Shown here: piece after piece, positions 52,812-64,000 of the stretch
Position numbering within the stretch: the first letter of the stretch is position 1
Layout: the number at the start of each line of letters is the position of its first letter
Source of the DNA: Eledone cirrhosa
Lineage: Eukaryota
NCBI GenBank assembly: GCA_964016885.1
Contig: OZ024743.1
Coordinates: 247,752,001-247,816,000, forward strand
Direction of reading: 5' to 3'
DNA: 64,000 bases
Made by a program: the position numbers and the translations under genes
Notes under the pieces: model-generated
Databases searched by the model: none
Told to the model about the DNA's origin: nothing
Seen by the model: the letters and a program-made list of their open reading frames with translations, nothing else

Positions 52812-54950
52812 TCATCATCATCATCATCATCAACGTTTAACGTCCGTGTTCCACGCTTGCATGGGTTTGGACGGGGGTAGTCCCACTTGAGGCAAGAGTG
52901 ATTGTCTTGCTCGCATAGGACTGTCTGGCAGGTTTTCTACAGTTGGATGCCCTTCCTAACACCAACCACATTTACAGTGTGGGTCTGGGAGGTTTTTACC
53001 GTGTTGCCTACACGGCCACATTACAGCGTGGACTGTGTGTTTTTTTGTCGTGACACCTACACGATCTCATTTGTTTCGGCCTGGATGGCGCGGCACCAAC
53101 ATAACTTTACATAGAACGGGGTCGTGTGGATGGGGTGGGGGTGGTGATGGTGGGACGGGGTGTAGTTTGTTAGAGATGCCTACTGGCTGGAGTAGGTTTT
53201 ACTATATATTTAGGTAAGGCGGGTCTTCTCTGTTACTGAGTACCGCCAAAGGTCTCGGTCCAGTGACATTGTCTTGGAGAGGTGTAAGTGTGTGATGTCG
53301 GAGTTTATCAGCTCGTCCCAGGTTTTTCTAGGTCTGGCTATTCCGTGACTACCGTCTATCTTTATTGCCCTGCACTTTGTTATACAGCTATCGACTTTCA
53401 TGCGCATCACGTGTCCATACCAACGTAGCCTTCTCTCGAGTAAACAACATCTGATCCCTCTTATCTCTAATTTTTTCCTTAGTTCGTTTCTGCTTTGCCG
53501 TTCACGTATATTACTGTTACACATCCAGTGGAGCATGCAAGCTTCGTTCCTCTCTAGTCTGCGTATATCCTCTGCACACAATGCCCAGGTCTCACTGCCA
53601 TGCAACATTGCTGTTCGTATGCAGGCATCGTACAACCTGCCTTTCATTTTTAGGGAGAACCCTTTAGCAGCTAATAGTGGTATAAGCTCTCTGAACTTTT
53701 TCCAACCAGTTCTGACTCTAGCTACAGTACTTTCAGAGCACCCTCCCCCACTGCTGATTTTATCGCCCAGGTAACGGAAGCTGTCCACTATTTCTATAGA
53801 ACCCTCTGCACAATTGAAAGAGCTAGTATTTTGTGGGCACTTGCTGCTACTTATTGCATCAGAACACCGGCCACATGTAAAATCTATGTTCTTAGTTAGC
53901 TTACCTGTGATCCCACTACATCTTTTATGCACCCATACTTTGCATTTAGGACATAAAATGGAGTTTCTACCTACGCCTTTCCTACACACCGAGCACGACC
54001 ATTTCCCAGAAGGGACCGCCGCCTTGTTTTCTTTCCTACAAACTAGAACTTTGGTCTTAGCCAGGTTAATTTTAAGTCCTTTTGACTCTAGGCCGTGCTT
54101 CCATGTTTGGAATTTCTTCTCTAGCTCGGCCATTGATTCCGCTATGAGTGTCAGGTCGTCTGCGTATAGGAGTTCCCATGGGCAGCCTGTCTTGAACTCC
54201 TCTGTTATAGCCTGAAGGGCAATAATAAATAGTAGGGGGCTGAGAACAGAGCCCTGATGTACGCCAACTTTTACGCTAAACTCTTCACTATATTCGTTGT
54301 TAATTCTAACCTTGCTGACTGTTTCTTTATACATGGCTTGTATAGCCCTCACAAGCCATTCGTCAACGCCTAGTTTTCTAAGAGCCCACCAGATAATGGA
54401 GCGGGGGACTCTGTCGAAGGCTTTCTCCAAGTCGACAAAAGCTAAGTAGAGGGGTTTACCTTTAGCTAGGTACTTCTCCTGTAGTTGTCGTACTATGAAA
54501 AGAGCGTCTGTGGTACTTTTGCCTGACACAAACCCGAACTGCATTTCATCTAGGTCAATTCTCTCTCTGATTAGTTGCGCTATTACTTTTTCCGTGACCT
54601 TCATGACCTGGTCGATTAATTTAATGCCTCTATAGTTACTCCTATCTAGAGCGTCTCCTTTACCCTTATAACAGTTAACGATGATGCTGCTATGCCAGTC
54701 CTTCGGAACAACCCCATTCTGTACGACTTGGTTAACTATGCGGGTGACCATGGTGTGTCCCACCGTGCCAGATGCCTTCAGCATCTCAGCAACTATTTCC
54801 GAAGGCCCAGCCGCCTTACCCGTCTTCATATCCTTGATTGCCTTACTTATTATACTCCCCTCGACTAACACTGCTGGTCCCTCTATTGGGTCGATATAGG
54901 GGAGACTGTCTTTCTCCCATTTATTCTCCTCATTTAGTAGCCTTTCATAT
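52812..54950 (-). mobile_element. 5'-truncated RTE-clade LINE (long-3'UTR subfamily) with uninterrupted RT reading frame
   Basis: Open frame from ~54950 to 53210 with KAAGPSEI, NYRGIKL, QFGFVSGKST, FVDLEKAFDRV, GVHQGSVLSP, LLYADD and FRYLG. A ~400-bp 3' UTR with 2-3 satellite-like units ends in an (ATG)n tail at 52812-52831. Confidence 0.95.
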
Positions 54951-55006
54951 ATCATCATCATCGTCACCATCATCATCATTTTACGTCCGCTCTTCCCTGC
55001 TTGCAA
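53210..55006 (-). CDS. RTE reverse transcriptase with internal PHD finger; lacks the endonuclease, and its N-terminal ~19 aa come from the adjacent element's tail
   Basis: 598-aa ORF with intact YADD and a C4HC3 motif CSVC-x10-CPKC-x4-H-x2-C-x14-CGRC. Confidence 0.75.
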   Translation of the reverse strand: MQAGKSGRKMMMMVTMMMIYERLLNEENKWEKDSLPYIDPIEGPAVLVEGSIISKAIKDMKTGKAAGPSEIVAEMLKASGTVGHTMVTRIVNQVVQNGVVPKDWHSSIIVNCYKGKGDALDRSNYRGIKLIDQVMKVTEKVIAQLIRERIDLDEMQFGFVSGKSTTDALFIVRQLQEKYLAKGKPLYLAFVDLEKAFDRVPRSIIWWALRKLGVDEWLVRAIQAMYKETVSKVRINNEYSEEFSVKVGVHQGSVLSPLLFIIALQAITEEFKTGCPWELLYADDLTLIAESMAELEKKFQTWKHGLESKGLKINLAKTKVLVCRKENKAAVPSGKWSCSVCRKGVGRNSILCPKCKVWVHKRCSGITGKLTKNIDFTCGRCSDAISSSKCPQNTSSFNCAEGSIEIVDSFRYLGDKISSGGGCSESTVARVRTGWKKFRELIPLLAAKGFSLKMKGRLYDACIRTAMLHGSETWALCAEDIRRLERNEACMLHWMCNSNIRERQSRNELRKKLEIRGIRCCLLERRLRWYGHVMRMKVDSCITKCRAIKIDGSHGIARPRKTWDELINSDITHLHLSKTMSLDRDLWRYSVTEKTRLT

Positions 55007-56875
55007 GGCTGGGATGGGTCTTATTCAGCACAGCATCTCTCGACTTGTTACGGTCCTTCGTCATCTCCACTGTGAGTTTCAGCGATCTGAGGTCTGTTCT
55101 CACCACCTTCGCCCATGTTTTTCGTGGTCTACCTCTACCACGTCTTCCTTCAACTGGCATTTCCTGGCACTTCTTCACCCATCGGTCATCCTCCATGCGC
55201 ATCACATGTCCATACCACCCCAGTCTCCTCTCCCGTACACTACATTCTATCCCTCTCAGACACAGTTTCTCTCTCAACACATTCACGCTGGGTCGTTCAT
55301 GCACATTGACACTGCACATCCAACGGAGCATGCTTGCCTCATTTCTCTCCAGCCGCATATCCTCTGCAGTTGCTGCCCATGTCTCACTACCATGCAGCAT
55401 CGCGCTCCTCACTCATCCAACGGAGCATGCTTGCCTCATTTCTCTCCAGTCGCATATCCTCTGCAGTTGCTGCCCATGTCTCACTACCATGCAGCATCAC
55501 GCTCCTCACTCAGGCATCATATAACCGGCCTTTCATACGCAGGGAGAAACCCTTCTTCGTCAGCAGAGGAAGCAGCTCCCTAAACTTCTTCCAACCCATC
55601 CTTATTCTAGATACTATGGCCTCGGAACACCCCCTCCCATGCTAATTGATCTCCTAGGTACCGGAAGCTATCCACCACTTCTATAGCACCCGCCTACATT
55701 TGAAAAATGTGTCTATCAATGCGACTTCTACTGTCTAATTTCCCTGTACATCTACTGCATATATATTTCTCCCTAGCTGTTAGTTTGCCTGCTATCCCGC
55801 TACATCTCTTGTGTACCCAGGATCTGCATTGTGTGCATTTTTTAGAATTTATGCCAGTTCCTTTTCTGCATATCGAACATGGCCATTTCCCTGATGGAAT
55901 CAGAGTTTTGTCCTCTTTTCTACTCATCAACACTTTTGTCTTAGCTAGGTTCACTCTCAGTCCTCTTGCTTCCAACTGCTGTTTCCATAGCCAGAATTTA
56001 TTCTCTAGCTCCTCTACTGATTCTGCTATAAGAACCAGATCGTCAGCATAGAGAAGTTCCCATGGACAGCCAGTCTTAAACTCATCTGTTATGGCTTGGA
56101 GGACTATAATGAACAAGAGCAGGTTGAGGACCGAACCTTGATGTACTCCTACCTGTATCTGGAATTCCTCACTAAACTCCATTCCTACCCTGACTTTACT
56201 GACAGTCCCTCTGTACAAAGTTTTCACTGTCCTCACAAGCCATTCCTCAACACCTAGTTTCCTTAGGGACCACCAGATGACAGATCGGGGTACCCTATCA
56301 AAGGCCTTCTCTAGTTCAACAAAGGCTAAGTATAGTGGCTTATTTTTCTCTAAGAACCTCTCTTGCAATTGTCTCACCAAGAAGAGGGCATCTCTTCCCA
56401 GGCACAAAACCAAACTGCATCTCATCTAGTTTGACCCTTTCTCTAATTAGTTGTGCTAATATCCTTTCTGCCACTTTCATAACCTGATCCATCAGTTTTA
56501 TACCCCTATAATTGCACCTCTCCAGAGCATCCCCTTTACCTTTGTAGCAATTTATGAGAATACTGCTGCACCAGTCTTTGGGTATGACACCACCATATAT
56601 AGCCTGATTGATGATGCGTGCAACCAGTTTAGTGCCTACCTCCCCTGATGCCTTCAGCATCTCAGCAACTATTCCCGATGGTCCAGCAGCCTTACCATTT
56701 TTCATTTCCTTAATCACCTCTTGGACCCTATATTCGTCAATCTCAATAGCTGGTTCCTCTGTTGGATCTACTGAGGGTAATTTCTCTCTCTCCCATTCGT
56801 TCTCCACATTCATCAGTCTCTCATAATGACATTTCCAGGCCTCCTTTTTCTGATCATTCGTGACACTAAGTACAC
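54951..56875 (-). mobile_element. 5'-truncated, frameshifted RTE LINE (short-3'UTR subfamily)
   Basis: ORF pieces 56340-56813, 55694-56425 and 54981-55412 are collinear with the neighbouring RT. There is an internal ~98-bp tandem duplication (~55317-55512) and an (ATG)n tail at 54951-54979. Confidence 0.93.
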
Positions 56876-59247
56876 CGAATGATCAGAAAAAGGAGGCATG
56901 GAAATATATATATATTAATAAAAGATAGGAGGCCATATTCAGTTGATTCAGGTTTATTTAAAACACCGTTATACATATTTCACTGAGAACTATCAGTTAT
57001 TGTAGCCTGAACTCTTCAGATGGCAAAGCCTTTAAAAACATTCAAAGATCCCCAAAAAAACTTTAAATTTTGAAAAATCTAATAATTTTCCCCAAAAAAC
57101 TTTCTTTTCTTGATTCAGGGGGCCGGACGAACATGTGGTGTAGATATCAGTATATATCTGTGTGATCATGTTAGTTTATTGACAAAGATTACAAGCAATT
57201 GATGATATTTGTTTATGTTCCATGTAAACCTTACATTCTACAACACAGTGATATTTTATAGATGATGAACAATATATATATACTTATAAAGTATGAGTTG
57301 GAAGCAGGAAGGGCATCTGGCTACAGAGACACTGACTCAAAATGTCTTATCCAACCCATGCCAGCATGGTAAAATATAGGCATAAAACAATGATTATGGT
57401 GACAATCTTTGTCAGCTGCTACAAGAGTAGGGATTATGCTTGTCAAGAGAAAATATTTTTTGGTTCTATTTAAAATAGCAAAACATTTCAAGTAGTAAAT
57501 AATGTAACACAGGCTTAGATTTTGTTTTTTTTTAAATTGAATTATCCAAGATGTTCATGTCTTTAGTAAATTAATTATGTTTGACTGTAAACAAAGTCAC
57601 CATGTATTTAAATTATGTAGCCTTTTATCTGATTGGAACTTTTAGTGTTACATTTATCTTGAACATCTGCTGTTATGTTTTAATGTCAGGGAAAGAAGGG
57701 CAGAGACCATGACATTTTTTTCAGACTCTCTGATGCTGGTGAGAAGGAGGGAGGAAAGGTATCTTCAAACTGGAGACCTGTTCCTAATGGCTGCAATAGA
57801 GTGGACTCTGTTAAAGATAGCCGAGGGTTATGTGGTTGTGTTCCACTAGGTGGTGGATTAAATCTAACATCCATGTAAGCCACAGTAGGATTTGAACTCA
57901 GAATGCACAGAACCAGAACAAATGCCACAAGGCTTATTGTCTGATGCTCTGATGATCCACCAATCTACCACCTTGGCCTGATACTATAATTTATCAACCC
58001 CCAAAAGGATGAAAGTTGACTCTGGAGTTGTACAAACTCAAAATGCAACCGGCTGGAACAATTGCCACAAGGGATTTTGTCTTCCATTCTAACAATTCTG
58101 CAGATTCACCACCTCTTTCGGTTTTCTTAACAAGCAAATATATGAACCAGTTAGGGAGTCTTGACCTGCAAGAAATAATAGTCAAATCTTATACTGCCAT
58201 CTTTCTTTTCATGTCTTCACGTGATACCTCCCACTTTGACCAGTCTCAAAACACATTTTCAATTTTCTCTCACTCACTTTTATTTTCATTCTCCTATTGT
58301 TACTCTCATGTTAGCCTCCTATTTCCACAGTATGTCGTTTCTGCGACAGCAAATAAAAGCTCATTACAAATTACTGTATGTAAATTTCAAGATGAATAGG
58401 AATGCAACTGAAATTTTACTGATGGATCATTTACAATAGCTTTGCTGAGCCAATGACAAATTCACTCATTTTTGTTTTCTAACTCTGATAGTATAGGCTT
58501 ATAATTACAAATGCTTTAGCTATGACCAATTGTTGTTTTCAGTCATAATATATTTAGTTCTATATTATCCAATGTAAGCTGTTTTAAGATGGCAGGGTGT
58601 AGTTAAGAAATTTGGTTGCTATTTTTAGCAGCTTGAGTAATCCTTTGTTGGCTCACCTACCTATGTATTTGTTCAATGTGTCAAAATGAACTTAAGCGCT
58701 TTTGTATCTCACAGTGAATGAATTCACTTGAATAGTATATATGTATATATATAGGTTGGTGGTGTATGTTTTTATATGTAGGACAGACAGGACGTAGAGT
58801 AGAAGGGACTCTTTAACCTTGAGGACATGACAACCTTTCTAGTGCTAGTGTCATGGTGAAATGCAGCCAGTACATTCTGTAAAGTGGTTGATGTTACGAA
58901 GGAAATTTAGCTGTAGAAGCCATGCCAAAATTTTGAATCTATAAGTGTGATGTGGTTCCTGATCCGCCGAGGAAGGCAGTTCTGCCACATGCATGTTAAT
59001 TTCACAGTGTGTTCTGTTGATCAAAGAAATAGAGCACCCATCATTGAAACTGCCAGGGGTCCATTTCATCCACTTTGATTGTCTTGGAAAATATGTTATT
59101 GAGTGTGAGTGAGTATTTAGATCATATAGTCTATGTCAATCCATTTGTTTATCAAGATTCTTCTGTAAAAAGGATACTGAAATACAATTAGATATGTGTT
59201 GTGTAGTTTAGGAGAAATTTGGCTTCTTCATTGGTTTGTGTTTATTT

Positions 59248-59480
59248 CATCATCATGATTTCATATTCACTTTCCATATCACCTCGTCTTGCTCATACAT
59301 TCCATGTTTGGTGTGGTTTCTATGGCTGGATGCCCTTCCTAACACCAATCATCTTATAGGGTATTTTTTTGTGGCACCAACACTACCACATTACAGTGTG
59401 TACTGGTTACATTTCATCGTGGCACCAACACTAACATTTAACAACGTGTACTGGGTGCATTTTATCATAGCACTAGCAAG
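59248..59480 (-). mobile_element. RTE/SINE 3'-tail remnant with about three diverged satellite-like monomers
   Basis: GGCTGGATGCCCTTCCTAACACCAA followed by TTACAGTGTG...TTT..GTGGCACC units. Confidence 0.7.
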
Positions 59481-60151
59481 GTGGTCACATACTCAACCAG
59501 GCTGAAGACTCCTCTCAAATTATATTGTTTGTTAGCATTTATACAAGCTGGTCTTCTGTTGTTCTGGGAAAGTCAGCATCTGACTATTACAGCTGTTCAT
59601 AAGATTAATAGGTAGACTAGACAAATAAATATCTCAAATGCTCCTGTCGACAACTTTTTTCTATTCACAGTGTACACTACTTTATTTAATAAAACATCCC
59701 CATTGTGACATGTTTTCTTTTATCTTCTATTATATTTCTCATATATTACCCCCACCCCAGATCACATTTTTCAGAAAGAAATAGAAATTATAAAAAAACT
59801 TTTCTTTTTCCTTTTTCTTATTTTCTTTCCTTTTTTATTCTCTTTTCCCAACACAATAAATATGTTGTCACGTGAAATGGTTTTGGTTGTGTCTGAAAGT
59901 ATAAGAAAGTATTGAGTTGAAAAATGCTGAAACTTTATTAATTTTTGTGTTAAAAAGCAAATTGTGATATTTGTTTATGCCTCTCACAAGCAATAGGTCC
60001 CACAGTTTAGCAATTTGATGAATGCCAGCAATATATATAGAAGACCCTCTTCCTACTATTTCAAGTGTTAAACTAATATATTCCTTCCATATACTGTACC
60101 GTTTGTTTTGTTATTTCTGTTTATCTTTTACATACATACATACATATATAT

Positions 60152-60300
60152 ATCATCATCATTTTATGTCCATTCATCCATGCTAGCATGGGTTAGACGG
60201 GTTGTCCTGTTATGGGCAATGCTAGGTCAGGTGACCATGACTTGCTCATACAGAACTGATTTTGGCTTGATTTCTACAGCTGGATGCCCCTCCTAACACA
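60152..60300 (-). mobile_element. RTE/SINE 3'-tail remnant
   Basis: (CAT)n, CCATGCTAGCATGGGTTAGACGGGTTGTCCTG...GCTGGATGCCCCTCCTAAC; closely similar to 42255-42405. Confidence 0.8.
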
Positions 60301-62210
60301 CACATGTATATATATATATAAATGTATGTATGGACCTATAACTCCTGATAGAGCTGTAGGGGCACCATCATTACATACTTTGGCTCTTCAAACCTGCCGA
60401 AGCCCATTCCCTCTCCAGGTCCAAACACAGCCGATTTCTCCCTGTGAAGAGAAAATGAGAGAAGGGAAGTAAGGAACAGATAAAAAGCAAGAACCAACTC
60501 CAGCTCTGGACTGGTACTTTTTTTTTTTTATCAACCTTGAAAGGATGAAAGGCAAAATTGACCTCTGGGCGCAGAGAGCTGGAACAAATACTGCAAATCA
60601 TTCTATCCAATGGTCTAACAACTCTACCATTCTAAAAAATACTAGTGTGAGGGTTAACGTGGGAAAATGGATTTAAAAGCAATGTCGATTATATTGTTAA
60701 AAGCTGAAGAATATCCAGCTATTTAAACTCTTCTTACTCATTAAAGATGACATAAGAGAGTTAAACAAAGGGAACTTTCAATAACTGTGTTTCCACTTAG
60801 TGACAGTGCACATTGTTGTTGTTTAGCCCCAGTCAAGCCTCATTGAGCAGATGTGATTAAAAGCATTCCAGCTGTAACCATTCCATTTTTGTTTTGGCAT
60901 TGTATATCCTGGACTATCTTACTCTATGAGTTCATTTTTAAAGAAAGTAACTTATGATTTGAGAAATATTTGGCAGGTCAATAAATCAATGCTGTATTAT
61001 AGCTGAGTCAATAATATAAGAAACTGTTATTGTTAGTGTGTATAAACAATGAAACACAGATGAGTTGAGATATAAACTAAAGTATAAGAGGATTTAAATG
61101 TAATTTGCAGGATAGAAAATTGTACTGGTACCAGTACAGGCATATGGATGATGGTCATTGGGTTGAAGAGGTGCCAAGGGTTCAAAGTGAAAGGAAGATG
61201 TGGTAGAGGTAGGCTGAGGTGACACAGGAATAAGATAAGTAGAGGGACACTAGTGGAAAGGACTCATCTAATCCATCCAAATATAAAAAGATGATAAAGA
61301 TGGGACATTTAAGGAATGGTTCTGGTAGCATTGATCATCTGCAAAGCTGCATTGTTCTCAGAACCACTACACCAGTCTTTCAATGCATGCAGCTGGAACT
61401 ACTGCCACCCATTGATTTGGCAGGATTTTTTATTTTTATTTTTTTAGATGGCTGTTGATTCTTATGAGTTTTTCTGCCCTTTGTCAGGTTTTGGTTTTTG
61501 TCCTGCAGGGTGTCCACAATCACCCTCCTCACCAAGTAAACTTGGTGGGGTTCCTGGTTTAGTTGCCGACAACCCGACCATGCGACAGATTGTACTGGGT
61601 TACATGCTACCAGTAGCACTAGAGATTAACCTGACATAAAAATCCAGGGAGGAGTCATTTACTCTCAGTCACTTAATATCAGGATAAACTGACCTTCATC
61701 CAACCCATGCAAGCATGAAAGAATAAATGAAAAATGATGATTCAATGACTCTTTTTTATCTCCTTTGATTTTAAATCACCTGAAACTATTCCTCATTCTA
61801 TGTTATAAAACTGTTATTTTAAAGTGTTTATATTTATCTAAAAACCTTCCATCATAATTCTGTGTAAGAACCTTTGTTAAATTATACTCCAAATACCAGC
61901 TTAATAATATTACTAAATCCCTTCAGTTTCTTGATTATTTTGAAAATGATTTGAAAGTCATAGGCATTGAGTGTCTTTCATAAGAAATATGGTAATGAAA
62001 GGTGATAGCTTGTCACTCAGTATCTACTGAAGCACTAAGTGGTTCAATTATTTCAGTCTCCAGATTATTAACAGTATCTTGCTTATTATGCTGGTGAATA
62101 AGTGATCAGGAACTAAACTCTATTGAACATTTGATTTAACTAACCATGTATTAATCTGAGGAAACGAAAAATTCTCAACAGCAGTCAAATATCAGCAGCG
62201 TAATTACATT

Positions 62211-62495
62211 GGTGAAGGTATGCAGTTTTGTTGTTAGGGTGTTGGACTTAGTAGTATAATATTTTGGGTTTAATCCCTGAACCCAATGGTGTGGTGTGTT
62301 CTTGAGCAAAACACTCCATTTCACATTGCTCCTATTAACTCAGCTGAAAATAAGTATCAGCAGCAGCTATGGGTGGTTAACCCTGTAATAGATTGGCATC
62401 TTATCTGGGGGTAGGCTTGTATTCTCAGTCACTTAATGCCAATGAAATTGGGATAAGCTCGGCCTGATGAGCCTTCAGATTTGGGACAGACAGCA
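62211..62495 (+). mobile_element. Diverged tRNA-derived SINE
   Basis: Degenerate A/B boxes, then TTCTTGAGCAAAACACTCCATTTCACATTGCTCC...ACTCAGCTG matching 42668-42716. The 3' part differs from that element. Confidence 0.65.
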
Positions 62496-62615
62496 ACCTT
62501 TTTTTTTTTAATTACCATATATTGCTATCACCTCAGTCTTGTGATATTTCCTTCACATAATAATCTTTATTTTGTAAAGAGTTTAGTCTTTCTGATTTTC
62601 TGTGTATCATTTCAG

Positions 62616-62693
62616 AGTGAACAGCATCAAAGATTGATATATTCTGGAAAACTCCTTCTCGATCATCTCAAGTTGAAAGATATATTTCATCAG
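62616..62693 (+). CDS. HERPUD: HERPUD/Herp second coding exon; gene continues beyond the window
   Basis: Pyrimidine-rich TTTCAG acceptor. SEQHQRLIYSGKLLLDHLKLKDIFHQ (78 nt) contains the Herp UBL signature QRLIYSGKLL.DH. CAG|GTAAGT donor. In frame with exon 1 across a 16,540-bp intron. Confidence 0.93.
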
Positions 62694-63014
62694 GTAAGTT
62701 ATCAAATCAGAATTTTACTACTTAATTCCTTGAATTCTGACCTACCCCACTGCCATGTGTGTGGTCTCTCAAATCCTGGATGTTCACATGAAAATGATTA
62801 GAAAAAATGATATTCATCAGTAAATAAACCTCACCAAAATGATAATCGATGTACAGATTTAAGAAAAAGCACAGCAATGCCAATGTATATATATATATTT
62901 CCAGTTCACTCCCACTAGCACAGGTTGAAAAAGTTGGTCCTCCAGGCCAACAAAACATTTGTTCTTTGTATGGCTCTGTTGTAGTAACTGGCCTTAATAA
63001 TTATATATATATAT

Positions 63015-63701
63015 ATATTGTTATGCTTTGGGAGGGTCATGTTGCCAATAAGAAACACATGCACCAGTTGCTTTCACTTCAATTTATTATAAATTAAATT
63101 TATAAATTTAGGAATTTATAAATTTCCGGTTGGTTGGTTGGTTCCACAACCAGACGATTGTTCATATATTGTCAAAGTTCTTTCGTCACACATTCTGTGA
63201 CCTCTTCAGTGACTGGGGATCTACACACAGAAAAGACGCAATGTTTAGACAAATCACAGAGGCAATGAACTCCAACCAAAATTAAATAGAAAACATGAAT
63301 GGAATAGCAACATCACAACTTACAATTAAGGACAAAATGAAAACCCACACACACATAGAACAAACAACCAACCAGTAACATGTAAATAAACAAATAAATA
63401 AACAAATATAAACACACACAGACACCCAGATGTAACACATGCGCAAACTAAGCACACAAAAATAGATGGCGTAGGACAGAACAAAGGAGAGGCACAAAAA
63501 CAAAGAAAAGAATCCCCAGTCACTGAAGAGGTCACAGAATGTGTGACAAAAGAACTTTGACAATATATGAACAATCGTCTGGTTGTGGAACCAACCAACC
63601 AACCGGAAATTTATAAATTTAATTTATAATAAATTGAAGTGAAAGCAACTAGTGCGTGTGTTTCTTATTGGCAACATGACCCTCCCAAAGCATAACAATA
63701 T
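63015..63701. mobile_element. Inverted-repeat element (arms 63015-63220 and 63512-63701), probably Penelope-like pLTR fragments
   Basis: Near-identical ~190-205-bp inverted arms around a ~290-bp spacer. Each arm has a hammerhead core followed by AATAAA. A (TA)n tract flanks the left side. Confidence 0.7.
63171..63213 (-). ncRNA. Minimal type I hammerhead ribozyme candidate
   Basis: Minus strand reads GUCA-CUGAAGA-G-GUCACA(GAAUG)UGUGAC-GAAA-G(AA)C-UU-UGAC. This gives a 4-bp stem I, the CUGANGA core, a 6-bp stem II, GAAA, a minimal stem III and a CUU cleavage triplet. Confidence 0.7.
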
Positions 63702-63768
63702 CGGTTTTAACACACGTTTTCAGATAAAGAATCTTGCTAAACAAATTCAGAAACGAAATATATATATA

Positions 63769-64000
63769 TCATCATCATCATCATTTAACATCCATCTTCC
63801 ACGCTAGCATGGGTTAGATAGTTTTGTTCCATTTGATGTGGGATTGGTTGGGACCATGTCTCACTCATACAGAACTGTCTCTGGGAGGATGGGGTAGGGT
63901 GTGTATTGGGTTAAGAGGTGCCTACTGACTGCAAGGGAAGACGGGTCTTCTGTACAACTGCATAGTGCCAAAGATCTCAATCCAGTCTTAGAGAGGTGTA
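63769..64000 (-). mobile_element. RTE LINE 3' end, continuing beyond the window
   Basis: (CAT)n tail and CCACGCTAGCATGGG. GGGTCTTCTGT...GCCAAAGATCTC..TCCAGT matches the ORF end at 53221-53265. Confidence 0.8.

Noticed and set aside
53400-56826. Plus-strand ORFs overlapping the RTE elements
   Set aside because: These are antisense shadows of the RT frames with no recognisable motifs.
62444-62480. Hammerhead from GAAA...CTGATGAG
   Set aside because: No consistent stems could be formed; the sequence lies in a SINE 3' region.

Overview
This is eukaryotic, AT-rich animal DNA. The repeat landscape (RTE LINEs with (ATG)n tails, tRNA-derived SINEs, (TA)n/(CAT)n microsatellites) suggests an octopod cephalopod, but that is inference. 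Bases 1-~38150 are one tandem array of two related monomers (49 bp type A, 48 bp type B; roughly 780-790 units by length). The array has nested higher-order duplications, including one of ~15 kb. All ORFs predicted inside it are repeat artefacts. At its right edge the array decays into the 3' UTR and ORF C-terminus of a minus-strand RTE retrotransposon. The same monomer occurs in 0 to ~6 copies in dispersed RTE/SINE 3' regions elsewhere in the window, so the satellite appears to have expanded inside a retroelement 3' UTR. The remaining 26 kb holds two coding exons of a HERPUD/Herp gene (45932-46075, 62616-62693) with a candidate ER-stress promoter. It also holds two tandem RTE elements whose RT proteins carry an internal PHD finger, a CR1-like fragment, SINEs, a probable non-autonomous Helitron and MITEs. 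A ~200 bp inverted repeat near 63 kb carries a minimal type I hammerhead ribozyme fold of the Penelope-like-element kind.
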